Shown here one piece after another: positions 20,113 to 30,645 of a stretch of 64,000 bases of DNA. The stretch is taken from positions 192,001 to 256,000 of the forward strand of contig CAVPRW010000045.1 of NCBI GenBank assembly GCA_963707985.1, given 5' to 3'. Below the pieces are notes generated by a model. That model was not told where the DNA came from, did no database searches, and worked only from the letters and a program-made list of their open reading frames with translations. Numbering within the stretch: position 1 is the stretch's first letter; each line of letters starts with the position of its first letter. A program made the translations under genes and the position numbers. The stretch is from an uncultured Nitrospinota bacterium (lineage in GTDB: Bacteria; Tectomicrobia; Entotheonellia; J063; CAVPRW01).

Positions 20113-20739
20113 ATGCGGTTCTTTGGTTTCGGAAGAAAGCCCGTTGCCGATTCGGCTCGCCCACCAGTGACGCCATCGGAGCGGGAGGAATACTCCCCGC
20201 AAGTCCCCGCTTCCCGTGACATCATCGTCTACGGCACGAGCGATGGGGTACGCTGCCGTCAGGTGCGAGATTTGCTAGAAAAACGTGCTTATCCCTACCA
20301 GGATGTGCGGGTCGATGAGGACTTGAGCACGCGATCTTGGTTGCAGCGTACCACGGGGGACGATGCTCTTCCGAAAGTCTTCATTGGGCCGAAATGCTAC
20401 GGTGGCCTCGAGAATATCCAGGTCCTAGTGTTCGATGGCAGATTCGACCGTATCCTGCGCGGCGAAGCCGACCAGGACAACGCGAGCGACGCAATGGCCG
20501 CGTTGAAGGCGGAGATGAATGCCGGTTCCATCTTGAGCCTCCTGCGTCAGGGGGAAATCCTGACGCTTACTGAGGGTGACATGGCGACAGATGTTTGGGC
20601 AGAGCCTTTGGCGAACCCGCCGCTGGTCTACTACGAAGGCACCCCGCATCCTATCGGCGAACTCGAGAGCATCGTGGCTCAGATCATAACGCGTCTACGG
20701 GCGGGTGACGTCGAGGTGAGTTGGAAGGAAGACTCGTGA
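20113..20739 (+). CDS. Glutaredoxin-domain protein with uncharacterised C-terminal domain
   Basis: IIVYGTSDGVRC.QVRDLL...TG..ALPKVFIG...GG is a Grx fold with a cis-Pro motif. GAGGAG RBS. Confidence 0.75.
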   Translation: MRFFGFGRKPVADSARPPVTPSEREEYSPQVPASRDIIVYGTSDGVRCRQVRDLLEKRAYPYQDVRVDEDLSTRSWLQRTTGDDALPKVFIGPKCYGGLENIQVLVFDGRFDRILRGEADQDNASDAMAALKAEMNAGSILSLLRQGEILTLTEGDMATDVWAEPLANPPLVYYEGTPHPIGELESIVAQIITRLRAGDVEVSWKEDS

Positions 20740-20788
20740 TGCGGTACATGCATGGTGTCGAAAAGGGATTTCCTACACACATGGGCTC

Positions 20789-20827
20789 CCGCCTCTCTCC
20801 TCACCACACCAGAGAGGACAGAGGCGG
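20789..20827. terminator. Hairpin between convergent genes (possible bidirectional terminator)
   Basis: ccgcctct-ctcctc...gaggac-agaggcgg inverted repeat with no clear U-tract. Confidence 0.35.
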
Positions 20828-20838
20828 AACCATAGGGA

Positions 20839-22683
20839 TTAGCTCACCAGGCCGTAATCCTGGATCTTCTGGTCAAATGCCTTGAAGACACGCTCCCGCA
20901 GCTCCTCCCAGAACTCGGGGGTAATAAAGTGAGGCAATTTGACGTTGGGATTTTGGTCGTACGTTCGCTCAGGCAGCACATAGTCTTCCATCGTGGTCCC
21001 CTGGCGACGCTCCAGCAGCAGGCCGCGCAGATAGGTACGCATGGTAGCGTGGACCATCATCTCCTGCGTCAGGGCCACGCCATACAGGTCACGGAAGGCT
21101 GGGACGATAGAGTCGTCAGGTGTGCCAGCGAATTTGCAGAGACCGATGAGATCATCGCGTGTGTAGTAAACGCCGCGATTGACGATGGCATCCTCCCAGT
21201 AGTCGATGTCGGTTTTTCCCTCGAAGACCAACAGTAAGAAGGTGCGCATCGACATGTGCCCGCCGGCAATGGCGAACGGATAACCCGGATTGGTTTCAGG
21301 CAGGTAGGCCGGGAGCTCCAATCCTTTGCATTCCATGGCGTAAGCCGTTTCTCCGAGGGATACAGCGAGGCGCCTGACGCCCTGACCAATCTCCGGTGCC
21401 TGCCCAGCGGCAGTCTCGCGAATGAAATGGCAGGCTTTCTCAAAGTCACCGAACGTCATGCCATCGAAGATCGGCTTGTCGGGATGCCGCGCATTGTACT
21501 CCATGATATAGCCTAGCGTTACCCCCAGGCTAATGGAGTCGAAACCCACCTGATCGACTAACTCGACGATCTCCAGGGCTTGGTGTTGATCGTAGATCCC
21601 CAAGTTGACGGTCAATAAATCGAGCGGCTCATAGTCGAATTTGGTGTAAAATTTTCCCGCCTTGCGCTTGCCATCTTCGGTAATCTCATCATAGATATTC
21701 TTATGGCAGGCAATCCCACACTGCCAGCAGGACTCATCTTTGATGACGAAATTAGGCTCAAACGCATCACGGTAGAGCGACTTCGGGCCATCCCCGCCAT
21801 CTGACCAGAAATTCTTCTCCGGCAATGCCCCAAGGGGATGTAGACCGTGAATGTTGCGCCAGGTACCACCGAGGCCATTGCCCTTGTGTGGGTCGCGATA
21901 GTTGCGCGATCCGGCCCCGCGAGCAATCTCTTTATTGGCTGCGAGCACTGCCGATGGGAGCTTGCCACGATCGAGATCCGGTGCATGTGCCACGATCGCC
22001 ATGATATTTTTGGAGCCCAGGATGCCACCCATCCCTCCGCGTCCAGCAAAGCGGGGTTTGCAATCGCGAGAACGGATCTCATTTGTCGTGCTGCAGGCGA
22101 TGGCCGCATAAAAGTTTTCCTGCCAGTGCTCCCCGCTGGGGCCGAGAGCCGCCACATGCGCACCCGAGTGACGGTTTGCAAGGGCCAAGATCTTTTCATG
22201 AGTGCTCTTGCCAAGCAGGTCACCTGCATCTTCGAGGGAGAGGACCGATCGATCACCTTCCCGACGGATCAGCAGATAGCTTGGCTTAGGCACACGTCCC
22301 ACAAAGACCACCTCATCGAGACTAGCCGCCAGCATTTTGCGTCCGAAGTCGCCGGATGCCGCCGACCACATCGGCAGAGGCATGCCGTTCTTCGCGACTT
22401 TGAGAGGGCTATAGGCGGAGAAAAAGACCCGCAGGCCAGTCATGACCTCCGTGCCGGAAAACGCGCCCAAATTCATGATCAGCGGGGCGCTTGGATCATA
22501 CGCGTCGGTGACGTGATAGTTTCCAAGCAGCTTAAAGGAACGCCCGATACCGCCCAAAAAGTCTTCCACATCCTGACAGGAAAGGTCCTCGAACACAAAT
22601 TCGCCGCGGTCAAGATGAATCGTACAGCGACGGAATTGATAATCGGTAATCTGCTTCGCTTCTTGGGTAGCCTCACACCGCAT
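20839..22683 (-). CDS. Aldehyde:ferredoxin oxidoreductase (AOR family, W/Mo-bis-pyranopterin)
   Basis: FLGGIG, FAGRGGMGGILGSKNI.AI, CWQCGIAC [4Fe-4S] motif, GFDSISLG, KGLELPAY and LIGLCKF. Confidence 0.9.
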   Translation of the reverse strand: MRCEATQEAKQITDYQFRRCTIHLDRGEFVFEDLSCQDVEDFLGGIGRSFKLLGNYHVTDAYDPSAPLIMNLGAFSGTEVMTGLRVFFSAYSPLKVAKNGMPLPMWSAASGDFGRKMLAASLDEVVFVGRVPKPSYLLIRREGDRSVLSLEDAGDLLGKSTHEKILALANRHSGAHVAALGPSGEHWQENFYAAIACSTTNEIRSRDCKPRFAGRGGMGGILGSKNIMAIVAHAPDLDRGKLPSAVLAANKEIARGAGSRNYRDPHKGNGLGGTWRNIHGLHPLGALPEKNFWSDGGDGPKSLYRDAFEPNFVIKDESCWQCGIACHKNIYDEITEDGKRKAGKFYTKFDYEPLDLLTVNLGIYDQHQALEIVELVDQVGFDSISLGVTLGYIMEYNARHPDKPIFDGMTFGDFEKACHFIRETAAGQAPEIGQGVRRLAVSLGETAYAMECKGLELPAYLPETNPGYPFAIAGGHMSMRTFLLLVFEGKTDIDYWEDAIVNRGVYYTRDDLIGLCKFAGTPDDSIVPAFRDLYGVALTQEMMVHATMRTYLRGLLLERRQGTTMEDYVLPERTYDQNPNVKLPHFITPEFWEELRERVFKAFDQKIQDYGLVS

Positions 22684-22794
22684 CGGCCTATGCCCTCCCC
22701 ACTTCCGCCCAATTGCCGCGATCCGTTGCCGCTTCTTCGCCACATGGCGCGAGCGCTGGATCGGCTGATGGACGTAGATAACCCCAGGTTCATA

Positions 22795-23444
22795 TTATAC
22801 ATGAATAAGGCCAGCATGATGGCGAATGTCGGCGACCAGCGTTTTGATGACCGGGATGCTGATGAGACGCTCGGCTTCGTAGGTAGATTTTGCGACATAC
22901 ACGGTGGTCGTATGCTCGACATGTGGCGAGTGAACCTCCACCCACCCTTCATCATCGAAAGCGATGACATCGGCACCGATGGCGCGGGCGACCTGTGTAT
23001 CATGCCCGTGCGTTCCAGATGCGGTCCCGTCGGCAGGGCCATCACAGCAGACATTTCCCCAACAACCAATGAAGCTGGCTTTTCTGCCTGTACTAAAAAC
23101 CCCAGGGCCTGAACCACTCGCGGATCGGTGGTGATAGGAGGGGTTCCAGCACCGACCACGTTGGGCTTCAAGAGCGTGTGGGTACCAGCCAATTGCAACT
23201 TTTCGAGACCGCCGATCAACTCGATGGCACGCTCGACCATGGCCGGCACATTGGTCCCATGAACCATGGACACAAGGCTTTTTGAGCCGTTCTTGAAAGG
23301 ATTGCCCAGCAGCAGAGGAGGAGGAACCTGAGGCGCCTGGGGAGCAAAGAGGATCTGCCCCAGCATCTTCCGGCACGCCGGAATCGCGATCCCGCGCACG
23401 GCGAGGCCCGTGAGCGTCAGCAGTATACGACGTGTATGGATCAT
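22795..23444 (-). pseudogene. DUF362 family protein, frameshifted (~23000) and C-terminally truncated
   Basis: LLKPNVV...TTDPRVVQAL...VVGE, then AERLISIPVIKT followed by unrelated sequence and a stop. N-terminal TRR + hydrophobic stretch (Tat-like). Confidence 0.7.
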
Positions 23445-23557
23445 CCGGTGATTGCCTACTTGGTACGCGCAGCTAGTGGCGTGGGTGGCATCGTTGCCAC
23501 GCTTGCCACCATGAGCCCTATGGTACTGGAGGGCAGATCGAAGCCGCCTCTGCCGGT

Positions 23558-24796
23558 TCAGCGCCTTAACGTCTCCACGGTGACGAACACCTCAGAGCTG
23601 CGGGCATTACGTGCCACGATGCGTCCATCCTTGAGCACCCAAAGCTTTTCGGCTTGCTCGGTGATGGCTTGCACGGGGTCTGCGGCATCGAGCACCACCA
23701 AATCAGCCCGACACCCCTCAGCCAATCCATAGTCCTTCAGCCCTATGGCCTTGGCAGGATTGATCGTGATGAGGTCCAGCAACCAGGCCATCTGGTCGAG
23801 ATTGCCGAGATGTGCCACCATGGCGGTCACCAGGGCTTGTCTGAGCAAATCGGGATGGCCGTAGGGGGTGAATGGGTTACCAATATTATTGGTGGAGATC
23901 GAGACATTGACCCCGGCCGTGCGCAGCTCTTCGAGGCGTGTCACACCACGCCAGGTGTGTCTGTCGGCACGGCCCTTGACATGCATTTCGGTGGCGGGGA
24001 GGCTGATGACGTGGATGCCGGCTTGTCTCATGGTGTCGATGACGCGGGCGCGATGATCTGGCTCTAGCATATCGAGGGTACACAGATGGCCGAGTGTCAC
24101 CCGTCCCTGCATGCCACGCGCGATCGTCTGCTCGGCGATGTAGTCGCAGGTGAGAGCGGACGGATCATCGCCGGAGTCGGCGTGGAAGTCGAGAGGGACG
24201 CCAGCGGCTTCCGCAGTATTGAAAAACCAGTCGATATGGCGCCGCGGGTCCCGATCCATGTAGGGGCAACCGCCCAGGATGGGGAGACCCATCTGCAACC
24301 CTTCACGCAACAATCCCTGGGTCGCATCGTCGTGAAAAATTCCCTCCTGCGCAAAGGCGATGAGCTGTAGATCAAGCACGTCGGCAAATTCGGCCTGCAC
24401 CAGCTGCAAGGCTTCCACGCCGCGCAACTCCACAAACGCATCGATCTCGACGTGCGCGCGCATGGCCGTACAGCCATGACGGATGGCGCAGAGCATGACA
24501 CGACGGGCGCGCTCGTATATATCTTCGACAGTGAATGTTTGCTTCAATCGCGCGACCAGCACCTGAGGGGTTGGTCCCTCTCGACGTAAACCAGACGTGC
24601 GATCGGCGATGAAGGCCTTATCCGGATGGATATGCGATTCGATAAAACCTGGCAGGACGAGCTTCCCCGCGATATCGAGCGTCGTCTGTGCCGGGATGGA
24701 GATCCCTGGCGCGATTTGCCGGATGCGCCCATGCTGAATGGCCAGATCTTGCTGGGTTCCCGCAATGATCCCACCCCGGAGGATCAGATCGTCCAT
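23558..24796 (-). CDS. Metal-dependent amidohydrolase, cytosine-deaminase (CodA)-like
   Basis: LPGFIESHIHPDKA, AFAQEG, DFHAD, TLGHLC, SLPATE, NNIGNPFTPYG and ADLVVLD motifs. Confidence 0.88.
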   Translation of the reverse strand: MDDLILRGGIIAGTQQDLAIQHGRIRQIAPGISIPAQTTLDIAGKLVLPGFIESHIHPDKAFIADRTSGLRREGPTPQVLVARLKQTFTVEDIYERARRVMLCAIRHGCTAMRAHVEIDAFVELRGVEALQLVQAEFADVLDLQLIAFAQEGIFHDDATQGLLREGLQMGLPILGGCPYMDRDPRRHIDWFFNTAEAAGVPLDFHADSGDDPSALTCDYIAEQTIARGMQGRVTLGHLCTLDMLEPDHRARVIDTMRQAGIHVISLPATEMHVKGRADRHTWRGVTRLEELRTAGVNVSISTNNIGNPFTPYGHPDLLRQALVTAMVAHLGNLDQMAWLLDLITINPAKAIGLKDYGLAEGCRADLVVLDAADPVQAITEQAEKLWVLKDGRIVARNARSSEVFVTVETLRR

Positions 24797-24916
24797 GTCA
24801 TCTCCCTATGCCCCTTCATGACCTGCGCGTCCGTCGTGTTGCACAACATGGGCGAAGCGCTCTTCCTCTCAGATGCGTGCAAGCCAAAGACACGCAAGAA
24901 CTTCCTACGCTGCAGA

Positions 24917-25276
24917 TCACAACCCCACTATCACACGTGAAAGACTGCCCACCGCGGCTTGCAACTGTGGCCCAACCCGCCCCAGACGGCGGGCGTTTAT
25001 TGAACGTTCTACCGTTGCTGATTTGTGCAGTCTTAACACTGAAGTCACACGCAGACCCATCAGAGGAAACTCTGGACGGGTTATCTTAACCTTAATAAAG
25101 TAGTCGGTGGGCGCAAGAGCCCCTCGCATAACGCTGGAAATCTCTACCAGTACGAGGTCCTGACCGGTCTGGACTGGCGACCCCACTAATGCTGGACGGA
25201 GAGAGGCGCCAGTCAAATCTGTGAAGGGGAACATTGTTAAGACAATGTCACCTCGTGAGAGCGAGGTAGATATCAA
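24917..25276 (-). CDS. PemK/MazF-family toxin (degenerate)
   Basis: RGDIVLTMFPFTDL.GASLRPALV...ISS...GLRVTSVLRLHK.ATV...RLG. Confidence 0.75.
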   Translation of the reverse strand: MISTSLSRGDIVLTMFPFTDLTGASLRPALVGSPVQTGQDLVLVEISSVMRGALAPTDYFIKVKITRPEFPLMGLRVTSVLRLHKSATVERSINARRLGRVGPQLQAAVGSLSRVIVGL

Positions 25277-25476
25277 ACAGGCTCACCATCCTCCTGCCAA
25301 AAGTCAATCGCGCCACCTGTCTCCGCCAATCGCATGATGGGCGCAGTGGGCACATGGTCTTCCTCTACCTGAAGCTCGATGCGTTCGCTCCGCCGTGCCC
25401 GTTCCCCGAGGCACTCGAACTCATCCCGCGATAACACAGCTTTATCCCCAATCAATTATGCATGTACGGTAGTCAT
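25273..25476 (-). pseudogene. Putative antitoxin with in-frame stop
   Basis: After GAGGGA: ATG ACT ACC GTA CAT GCA TAA TTG ATT GGG... Small acidic ORF ending ...GGAIDFWQEDGEPV, overlapping the toxin start by 4 nt. Confidence 0.55.
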
Positions 25477-25706
25477 GAGTTGTCATCCCTCATGCTTTGC
25501 CAAAACGTACCGGCTCACGGATTATGGCTGACACGGCTATAAGAGCTACACCCCCGTACGGCTGGGAAACCTGTGCCTGCCTGCTTTCGTATGCGCTGGC
25601 CATTAAACTGTTTCAGGTTTTTTTCTGTAGCAGGTCTATAAGACGGAAGCAACACGATAATCCATAACAACCCTCTACGACGGCGAGGCAACCGTTATAA
25701 GGCACC

Positions 25707-26510
25707 CTCAGTTCGACTTTATCAAACTTACAAGGCGTAGCAAACCATGTCAATGAAGTGGCCAAACAAGACATGGGTTTTTTTATCATGTCGGTCTCAT
25801 GCTGTGACGTTGAAAAATGCCTATGATCCCACAGATGCCGCCGAACCAAGTCCATCGCATCAGCACACGTAGGACAAATGTTGCCATACCAAGCCGGGAC
25901 CCGGACGATGGTGGCTTCCTTCTGGCGCAGCGGATGGGCGGTCAGCGTGACGATCGAAGAAAGGCTCAACAACGCTGGGGTGGTGCGGCCAATGGCCCGC
26001 GCATTCCACTGGCGCTGCGTCTCCAGGCCCCGATGTGGGCGCGCTTCTTCCCACGTGACTTCTAGGGTCCAACGACGGATACACCAGGTCAGGATCTGCG
26101 TCGGTGTCTGGTCCAGGTTGGTCGACAACAAGGCGTGCGGATCAAAACACTGGTTGGGATCGCGCATGAGCACCTAGCGCAGCAGCATGTGTGGCTTGCC
26201 GGAGCGATACCACACGGCACTATCGGTAGCCACTTCAGCCTCTCGGGGGGCGTCGCCATACCACTGCTCAATGGTCAGCTGGCTCCACATCGTTTCCTCG
26301 TCGGCCAACAAGGCCTCCAGGGTCGGGCGCCGGTCGCCTTTAAGCCGGGGTCGACTGAGTTGTCCTGGTTCACCTGTAGCGGGCGGAGCATCGAGAGGGC
26401 ATCGAGACGCAGCCGCCTGAGCAGACTGGCTCGGGGCACATCGCTGACCTGGTGGAGCCATTCCAGTACCGCATCACGGCTGTCCGCCACAAATACCAAG
26501 TCGCGTCTAC
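25707..26510 (-). mobile_element. IS701-family transposase remnant (3' half, stops and frameshifts)
   Basis: LVFVADS...RLRLDA, RPRLKG.RRPTLEA, WYRSGKP, LMRDP, RRWTLEVTWEEAR.H.GLETQRQW and IGRTTPALL. Probable end near ctcagttcgactttatc at 25707. Confidence 0.8.
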
Positions 26511-26551
26511 ATTGATCCACAAGAGATTGGCACAGCAAGGCGGTCCTATGC

Positions 26552-26897
26552 TACACCGGATCTCATCACACATCTGCGTATCAAGGAGACCGCGCTATGC
26601 CAAGCCGCACCTTCGTACCTATTCCTCCGGAGGAGGAGGCCCAGAGGCTGGGCGTGCTGCGACGTGCACGCTACAGCTGTTGGCCGGCCTTCCATATCTT
26701 GCTGTTGCACGCCGCCGGTCGCATGCCGACGGACATTGCTGCAGGGCTCTTCTGTTCACGCTCCAGTGTGTGCCGCACTCGGCGCGCTGATCGCGCAGGG
26801 ACCCTGGGTCTGGAGCACGATGACCGGGGGTGGCTCCTCCCGCCAGTACGCACCACGATGCTGTGGCCCATGCGGCGGCGGTCGCTGGTGGCGCTGG
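26552..26897 (+). mobile_element. IS630-family transposase N-terminal (HTH) remnant
   Basis: After TA-caccggatctca and AAGGAG: MPS...LRRARY...HILLLHAAGRMPTDIAAGLFCSRSSV.RT.RA.RAGTLGLEHDD...PPVRTT. Similarity ends abruptly at ~26897. Confidence 0.7.
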
Positions 26898-27121
26898 GCA
26901 TCCTCTTTGTGCTTTCCTCGCAACGAATTGAGGATTTCAAGCAGGGTGTGCTCAAGAGCGCAGATAGCCACCTCCATCTGCGAGTCAACCACCCGTGTGG
27001 TTGGAGGCTCGCCTCCCACCTGGCAGCGGGTGGTGGAGCAGGTGACATCGCGCAGAAGCTGCCGAATCTGCACAAGTATCACGCGCTGTATCGGCGTGAG
27101 GTCTACCAGCCATTCGTCCAT
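26756..27121 (-). CDS. Hypothetical protein, possibly 3'-truncated at the IS630 junction
   Basis: ORF with an amphipathic helical N-terminal ~75 aa; the remainder is antisense IS630 sequence. No recognisable motif. Confidence 0.25.
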   Translation of the reverse strand: MDEWLVDLTPIQRVILVQIRQLLRDVTCSTTRCQVGGEPPTTRVVDSQMEVAICALEHTLLEILNSLRGKHKEDAQRHQRPPPHGPQHRGAYWREEPPPVIVLQTQGPCAISAPSAAHTGA

Positions 27122-27364
27122 GTCCGACTGGCCGAGCCTTAAGGATCGGCCGTTAATCTGTAAATGCGCCTAGTATTGTGCTTGTCGCGCGCGTGCCAAG
27201 GCCAACGCAGGAGACAGCTATTGCCCCGGAGTCAGGCCCAGGTTCCCCTTTACAAACCTGAGCGCCTTTGATACAGTGAGAGCGCTCATTTTGCAGGATT
27301 TTTGGCTGGCCCGCGTCATGCGACGCACCTGGATATCCCGCCTGGTCAAGGGAGGTGACAAGAG

Positions 27365-28108
27365 ATGTCCGGTCATTCGAAGTGGAGTACCATCAAGCAT
27401 AAGAAAGCGGCCCAGGATGCCAAGCGCGGTGCCATGTTCACCAAGGTGATCAAAGAGTTGACCGTGGCCGCGCGCATGGGTGGTGGGGACGTCGATATGA
27501 ACCCACGCCTGCGGACGGCTGTTCTCAAAGCTAAGGCGGTCAATATGCCTCAGGACACGATGCAACGTGCCATCATGAAAGGCACCGGCGAGCTGCCCGG
27601 GGTTAACTATGAAGAGATCACCTATGAAGGCTATGGTCCCGGTGGCGTGGCCATGATCGTGACGGTCCTGACCGACAACCGTAATCGCACCGTGGCCGAG
27701 ATCCGAAAAATTTTCTCGAAAAGTGGCGGCAACCTCGGTGAGTCGGGCTGCGTAGCCTGGATGTTCCAAAAGAAGGGCCTGATCGTCGTCGATAAGGAGA
27801 AGGTCGACGAGGACGAGCTTTTCACCATCGCGCTCGAAGCGGGCGCCGAGGATGTCCGGCCGGCCGATGCGATGTACGAAGTCATCACCTCGGTGGAGGA
27901 CTTCGAGCCCGTTAGGCAGGGCATTACCACCAAGGGCATCGAGCCCGCCAGCTCCGAAGTCAGCCTCCTCCCACAGACCACGGTACGGCTGGAGGGCAGC
28001 CAAGCCCGGCAACTACTGAAGCTGATGGACGAGCTGGAGGAGCACGACGACGTGCAAAATGTGTATGCCAACTTCGACATCCCCGATGAGGTGATGGCTG
28101 AGGTGTAG
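27365..28108 (+). CDS. yebC: YebC/PmpR family protein
   Basis: [29 protein letters not shown] and DDVQNVYAN. Confidence 0.97.
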   Translation: MSGHSKWSTIKHKKAAQDAKRGAMFTKVIKELTVAARMGGGDVDMNPRLRTAVLKAKAVNMPQDTMQRAIMKGTGELPGVNYEEITYEGYGPGGVAMIVTVLTDNRNRTVAEIRKIFSKSGGNLGESGCVAWMFQKKGLIVVDKEKVDEDELFTIALEAGAEDVRPADAMYEVITSVEDFEPVRQGITTKGIEPASSEVSLLPQTTVRLEGSQARQLLKLMDELEEHDDVQNVYANFDIPDEVMAEV

Positions 28109-28111
28109 CGA

Positions 28112-28639
28112 GTGTCAGCGGCCGCAGTGGTCATTGGGATCGATCCGGGCACGCACCATACCGGATACGGCGTCATTACCGAACAGGGAGGACAGCCTGT
28201 GGCCCTCGATTGGGGAGTGATTTCGCCCCGGCCATCGCTCTCCCTCCCTGACAAATTACAGACCATCTATAGCGCTTTACAGGCATGCTTAGACACCCAT
28301 CACCCGGACGTTCTCGCCGTTGAGGAGCTCTTTTTTGCCAAGAATGTCCGTAGTGCAGTTACCTTGGCGCATGCGCGAGGTGTAGCCTTGCTGGCTGCAG
28401 CGGCGGTTGGGCTTGAGGTCATCGCCTATAGTCCCTTAGAGATTAAGCAAGCGGTTGTCGGTTATGGCCGCGCCGACAAACGTCAGGTGCAAACCATGGT
28501 ACAGGTGTTGCTGAAGATAAGCGGACCAATGCCAGCCGAAGACGCCGCAGATGCGCTGGCGATAGCGCTATGTCACCTGCATGGGGAACGCCTTCGATCG
28601 GCACTCGATCGCCCGTTGAAGAGCCGTTCGCGCTCATGA
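28112..28639 (+). CDS. ruvC: Holliday junction resolvase
   Basis: IGIDPG..TGYG, AVEELFF, ARGV, KQAVVGYGRADK and DAADALAIA. Confidence 0.96.
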   Translation: MSAAAVVIGIDPGTHHTGYGVITEQGGQPVALDWGVISPRPSLSLPDKLQTIYSALQACLDTHHPDVLAVEELFFAKNVRSAVTLAHARGVALLAAAAVGLEVIAYSPLEIKQAVVGYGRADKRQVQTMVQVLLKISGPMPAEDAADALAIALCHLHGERLRSALDRPLKSRSRS

Positions 28640-29256
28640 TTGCCAGGTTGACCGGAACGGTGGTCACGAAGGCCGTTGATCACATCGTGCTCGATGTTCG
28701 CGACGTTGGCTATAAGGTGTCCGTCCCGCTGTCCACCTACTATGAACTTCCTGAGATCGATGCCTCGGTGTCGGTGTTCGTCCACACTTATGTGCGGGAG
28801 GACACCTTCCAACTCTATGGCTTCCTAACCGTCGACGAACGTGACCTCTTCGATGCCTTACTACGGGTGACGAAAGTGGGCCCGAAGCTGGCATTGGCCA
28901 TGCTGTCGGGCCTGAGTGCTGGCGATCTTCAACAAGCGATCATCGAGGGAGATGTGACGCGCTTGAGTGCGGTGCCAGGTGTCGGACGCAAGACCGCCGA
29001 ACGCATCATCCTTGAGTTGCGCGAGAAACTTGCCAAGGGCCAGCCCGAACTAGGGGATGGCATGCGCGCCCGAGGCCATGCTCAGACGGTTGTCTCCGAT
29101 GCCGTGACGGCGCTGCAAAACCTTGGCTACTCGCGTGTCGTTGCTGAGCGCGCCCTGCGGCAGGTAGTACACCCCATGGAGATGGGACAGACGCCGGCAC
29201 TCAAGGAATTGCTCCGGGATGCGCTGCGCTTCCTAGGTCAGGAGAAAGGCGAGTGA
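28636..29256 (+). CDS. ruvA: Holliday junction branch migration protein RuvA
   Basis: [43 protein letters not shown] and ALQNLGY. Confidence 0.96.
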   Translation: MIARLTGTVVTKAVDHIVLDVRDVGYKVSVPLSTYYELPEIDASVSVFVHTYVREDTFQLYGFLTVDERDLFDALLRVTKVGPKLALAMLSGLSAGDLQQAIIEGDVTRLSAVPGVGRKTAERIILELREKLAKGQPELGDGMRARGHAQTVVSDAVTALQNLGYSRVVAERALRQVVHPMEMGQTPALKELLRDALRFLGQEKGE

Positions 29257-29257
29257 C

Positions 29258-30316
29258 ATGCGAGTGCCGCCACGGGGTGTGGTGACTCCTGTCACCACCG
29301 AGGAAGATCGCAGCGCTGACTTACAGCTACGGCCGCGTTGGCTGCAGGAATACATCGGGCAGTCGAACCTGAAGGAACGCTTGGAGATTTTCATTACTGC
29401 CGCCAAGCAACGGACCGAAGCACTCGACCATGTGCTGCTGTATGGCCCGCCAGGACTGGGGAAAACCACTCTCGCGCACATTATCGCCGTGGAGCTAGGG
29501 GTGAGCATTCGCTCGACCTCTGGTCCGGTCTTGGAGCGTCCAGGCGACCTGGCCGCGATTTTGACGAACTTGAATCCCGGGGATGTCCTGTTCATTGATG
29601 AAATCCATCGCTTGCACCCGATCGTGGAAGAGGCCCTGTACCCGGCGATGGAAGACTACCAACTTGATCTGGTGGTTGGTCAGGGACCGAGTGCTCGTAC
29701 GCTGAAGCTCGATCTCCCCCACTTCACCTTGATTGGGGCCACGACTCGAGCGGGTCTCCTGACCTCACCATTGCGGGATCGTTTCGGGGTGGTCAGTCGG
29801 CTCGATTACTACAGTGATGGGGAGCTGCGCGACATTCTGGTGCGTTCGGCAGCTGTCCTCGGGGTGGCGGCGCAAGATGAGGGTATCTGTGAGATCAGCC
29901 GGCGCTCGCGTGGCACTCCACGCGTGGCTAATCGACTGCTGCGGCGCGTTCGCGACTACGCCCAGGTAAGAGCCGACGGTGTCATCACCCAAGAGGTTGC
30001 CGATCGTGCGTTACGGCTGTTGGAGGTCGATGAACTGGGCATGGACGCCATGGATCGGAAATTACTCCTTACCATCATCGATCAATTTAGCGGTGGGCCG
30101 GTCGGTATCGAAACGCTTTCTGCAGCTATCAGCGAGGAGCGCGACACCATCGAGGATGTCTATGAACCCTTTCTCATGCAACGAGGATTCCTCGATCGTA
30201 CACCGCGGGGGCGGGTGGTGACGTTGCGGGCGTATCAGCATTTTGGACGCGTGGCCAAAGGCGCAGGGCTCGACACCGCCCAGGGGCATCTGTGGGAACG
30301 AGAAGAACGGCCATGA
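29258..30316 (+). CDS. ruvB: Holliday junction DNA helicase RuvB
   Basis: [33 protein letters not shown] and EPFL...RTPRGR. Confidence 0.98.
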   Translation: MRVPPRGVVTPVTTEEDRSADLQLRPRWLQEYIGQSNLKERLEIFITAAKQRTEALDHVLLYGPPGLGKTTLAHIIAVELGVSIRSTSGPVLERPGDLAAILTNLNPGDVLFIDEIHRLHPIVEEALYPAMEDYQLDLVVGQGPSARTLKLDLPHFTLIGATTRAGLLTSPLRDRFGVVSRLDYYSDGELRDILVRSAAVLGVAAQDEGICEISRRSRGTPRVANRLLRRVRDYAQVRADGVITQEVADRALRLLEVDELGMDAMDRKLLLTIIDQFSGGPVGIETLSAAISEERDTIEDVYEPFLMQRGFLDRTPRGRVVTLRAYQHFGRVAKGAGLDTAQGHLWEREERP

Positions 30317-30537
30317 TGCCGCTCAGCGGAGTGGGAAAACTGCTAATCGTCCTCGGTGGCCTCCTGATCATCATTGGCGCAGCCATTGTCCTAATCGGCA
30401 AGATTCCCTGGCTAGGCAGGCTGCCGGGGGACATCTATATTGAGCGAAGGAACTTCACTCTTGTCTTCCCACTTGCCACGTCGGTCCTTGTCAGTGTGAT
30501 CCTCTCGTGTGTGTTGTACCTATTCTCTCGACGATAG
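30313..30537 (+). CDS. DUF2905 family small membrane protein
   Basis: GKLLIVLG...[21 protein letters not shown], in its usual ruvB-queA position. Confidence 0.88.
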   Translation: MMPLSGVGKLLIVLGGLLIIIGAAIVLIGKIPWLGRLPGDIYIERRNFTLVFPLATSVLVSVILSCVLYLFSRR

Positions 30538-30645
30538 ATGCCTTTGCGTGGCGTGGCCACAAGCGCGGGCGACGAGGCTCCCTGCGCATACCTCGCCACT
30601 GACAGCTGGCGTAATGTGACCGCCCAGAACAATTGGCAGACCCCC

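Noticed and set aside
20755..20778. gtgtcg...cctacac resembling the enhancer-like site at 16232
   Set aside because: Spacing is N14 rather than N10 and it lies between convergent genes.
21847..23112. 421-aa plus-strand ORF
   Set aside because: Antisense shadow of the AOR and DUF362 genes with no recognisable motifs. The same applies to 27218..28012, 33879..34586 and similar ORFs.
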